Source of the DNA: Hypanus sabinus
Taxonomy: Eukaryota
Assembly: GCF_030144855.1 (NCBI RefSeq)
Contig: NC_082716.1
Coordinates: 46,252,001-46,316,000 of the forward strand
Length of the DNA: 64,000 bases
Direction: 5' to 3'
Below, piece after piece: positions 63,936 to 64,000 of this stretch. The position numbers and the translations under genes were made by a program. The notes below the pieces were generated by a model, which was given only the letters and a program-made list of their open reading frames with translations, did not search any database and was not told the DNA's origin. How positions within the stretch are numbered: the first letter of the stretch is position 1; every line of letters begins with the position of its first letter.

Positions 63936-64000
63936 CCCTCGTTACACATCACTCCTGCCAATCTTAACCGTGCTACAAGATCATCTACCTTATTCTATAT

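Noticed and set aside
1-64000. CRISPR arrays, rRNA or tRNA genes, prokaryotic systems
   Set aside because: None seen; the window is intron-rich vertebrate DNA, and tRNA-like sequence is limited to a SINE head and the Gypsy PBS.

Overview
Vertebrate nuclear DNA. The repeat landscape (CR1 LINEs, Penelope-like elements with hammerhead motifs, Rex1/Babar tails, V-SINE) points to a cartilaginous fish, probably a ray; this is an inference. Two host genes lie on the minus strand. (1) A complete three-coding-exon mrpl55 (50390->41737, 129 aa), with a CpG-rich promoter carrying NRF1, YY1 and ETS motifs. (2) Downstream, coding exons 1-10 of slc5a9/SGLT4 (38080->50), which continues past the left edge. 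All 13 exons have canonical AG/GT ends and consistent phases. The rest is mostly decayed mobile DNA. A Tc1 transposon is expanded to about 10.8 kb by five nested insertions. A Mag-type Gypsy element with 94-bp LTRs sits in mrpl55 intron 2. There is also a BEL/Pao element, a hAT element with an apparent 6-bp TSD, Tigger-like MITEs, RTE and Rex1 fragments, and many CR1 pieces. The most interesting observations are: a size series of fold-back Penelope-like insertions (175, 479 and 2151 bp), each with a 13-bp TSD and minimal hammerhead motifs (cores on both strands in the two larger ones); a CR1/Tc1 junction repeated 13 kb away as a re-tailed chimeric retrocopy; and a slc5a9 intronic site that is both a candidate 29-nt poison microexon and an 18-nt perfect complement of the exon 9 splice donor. 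Repeat boundaries are approximate unless a TSD or TIR is quoted.
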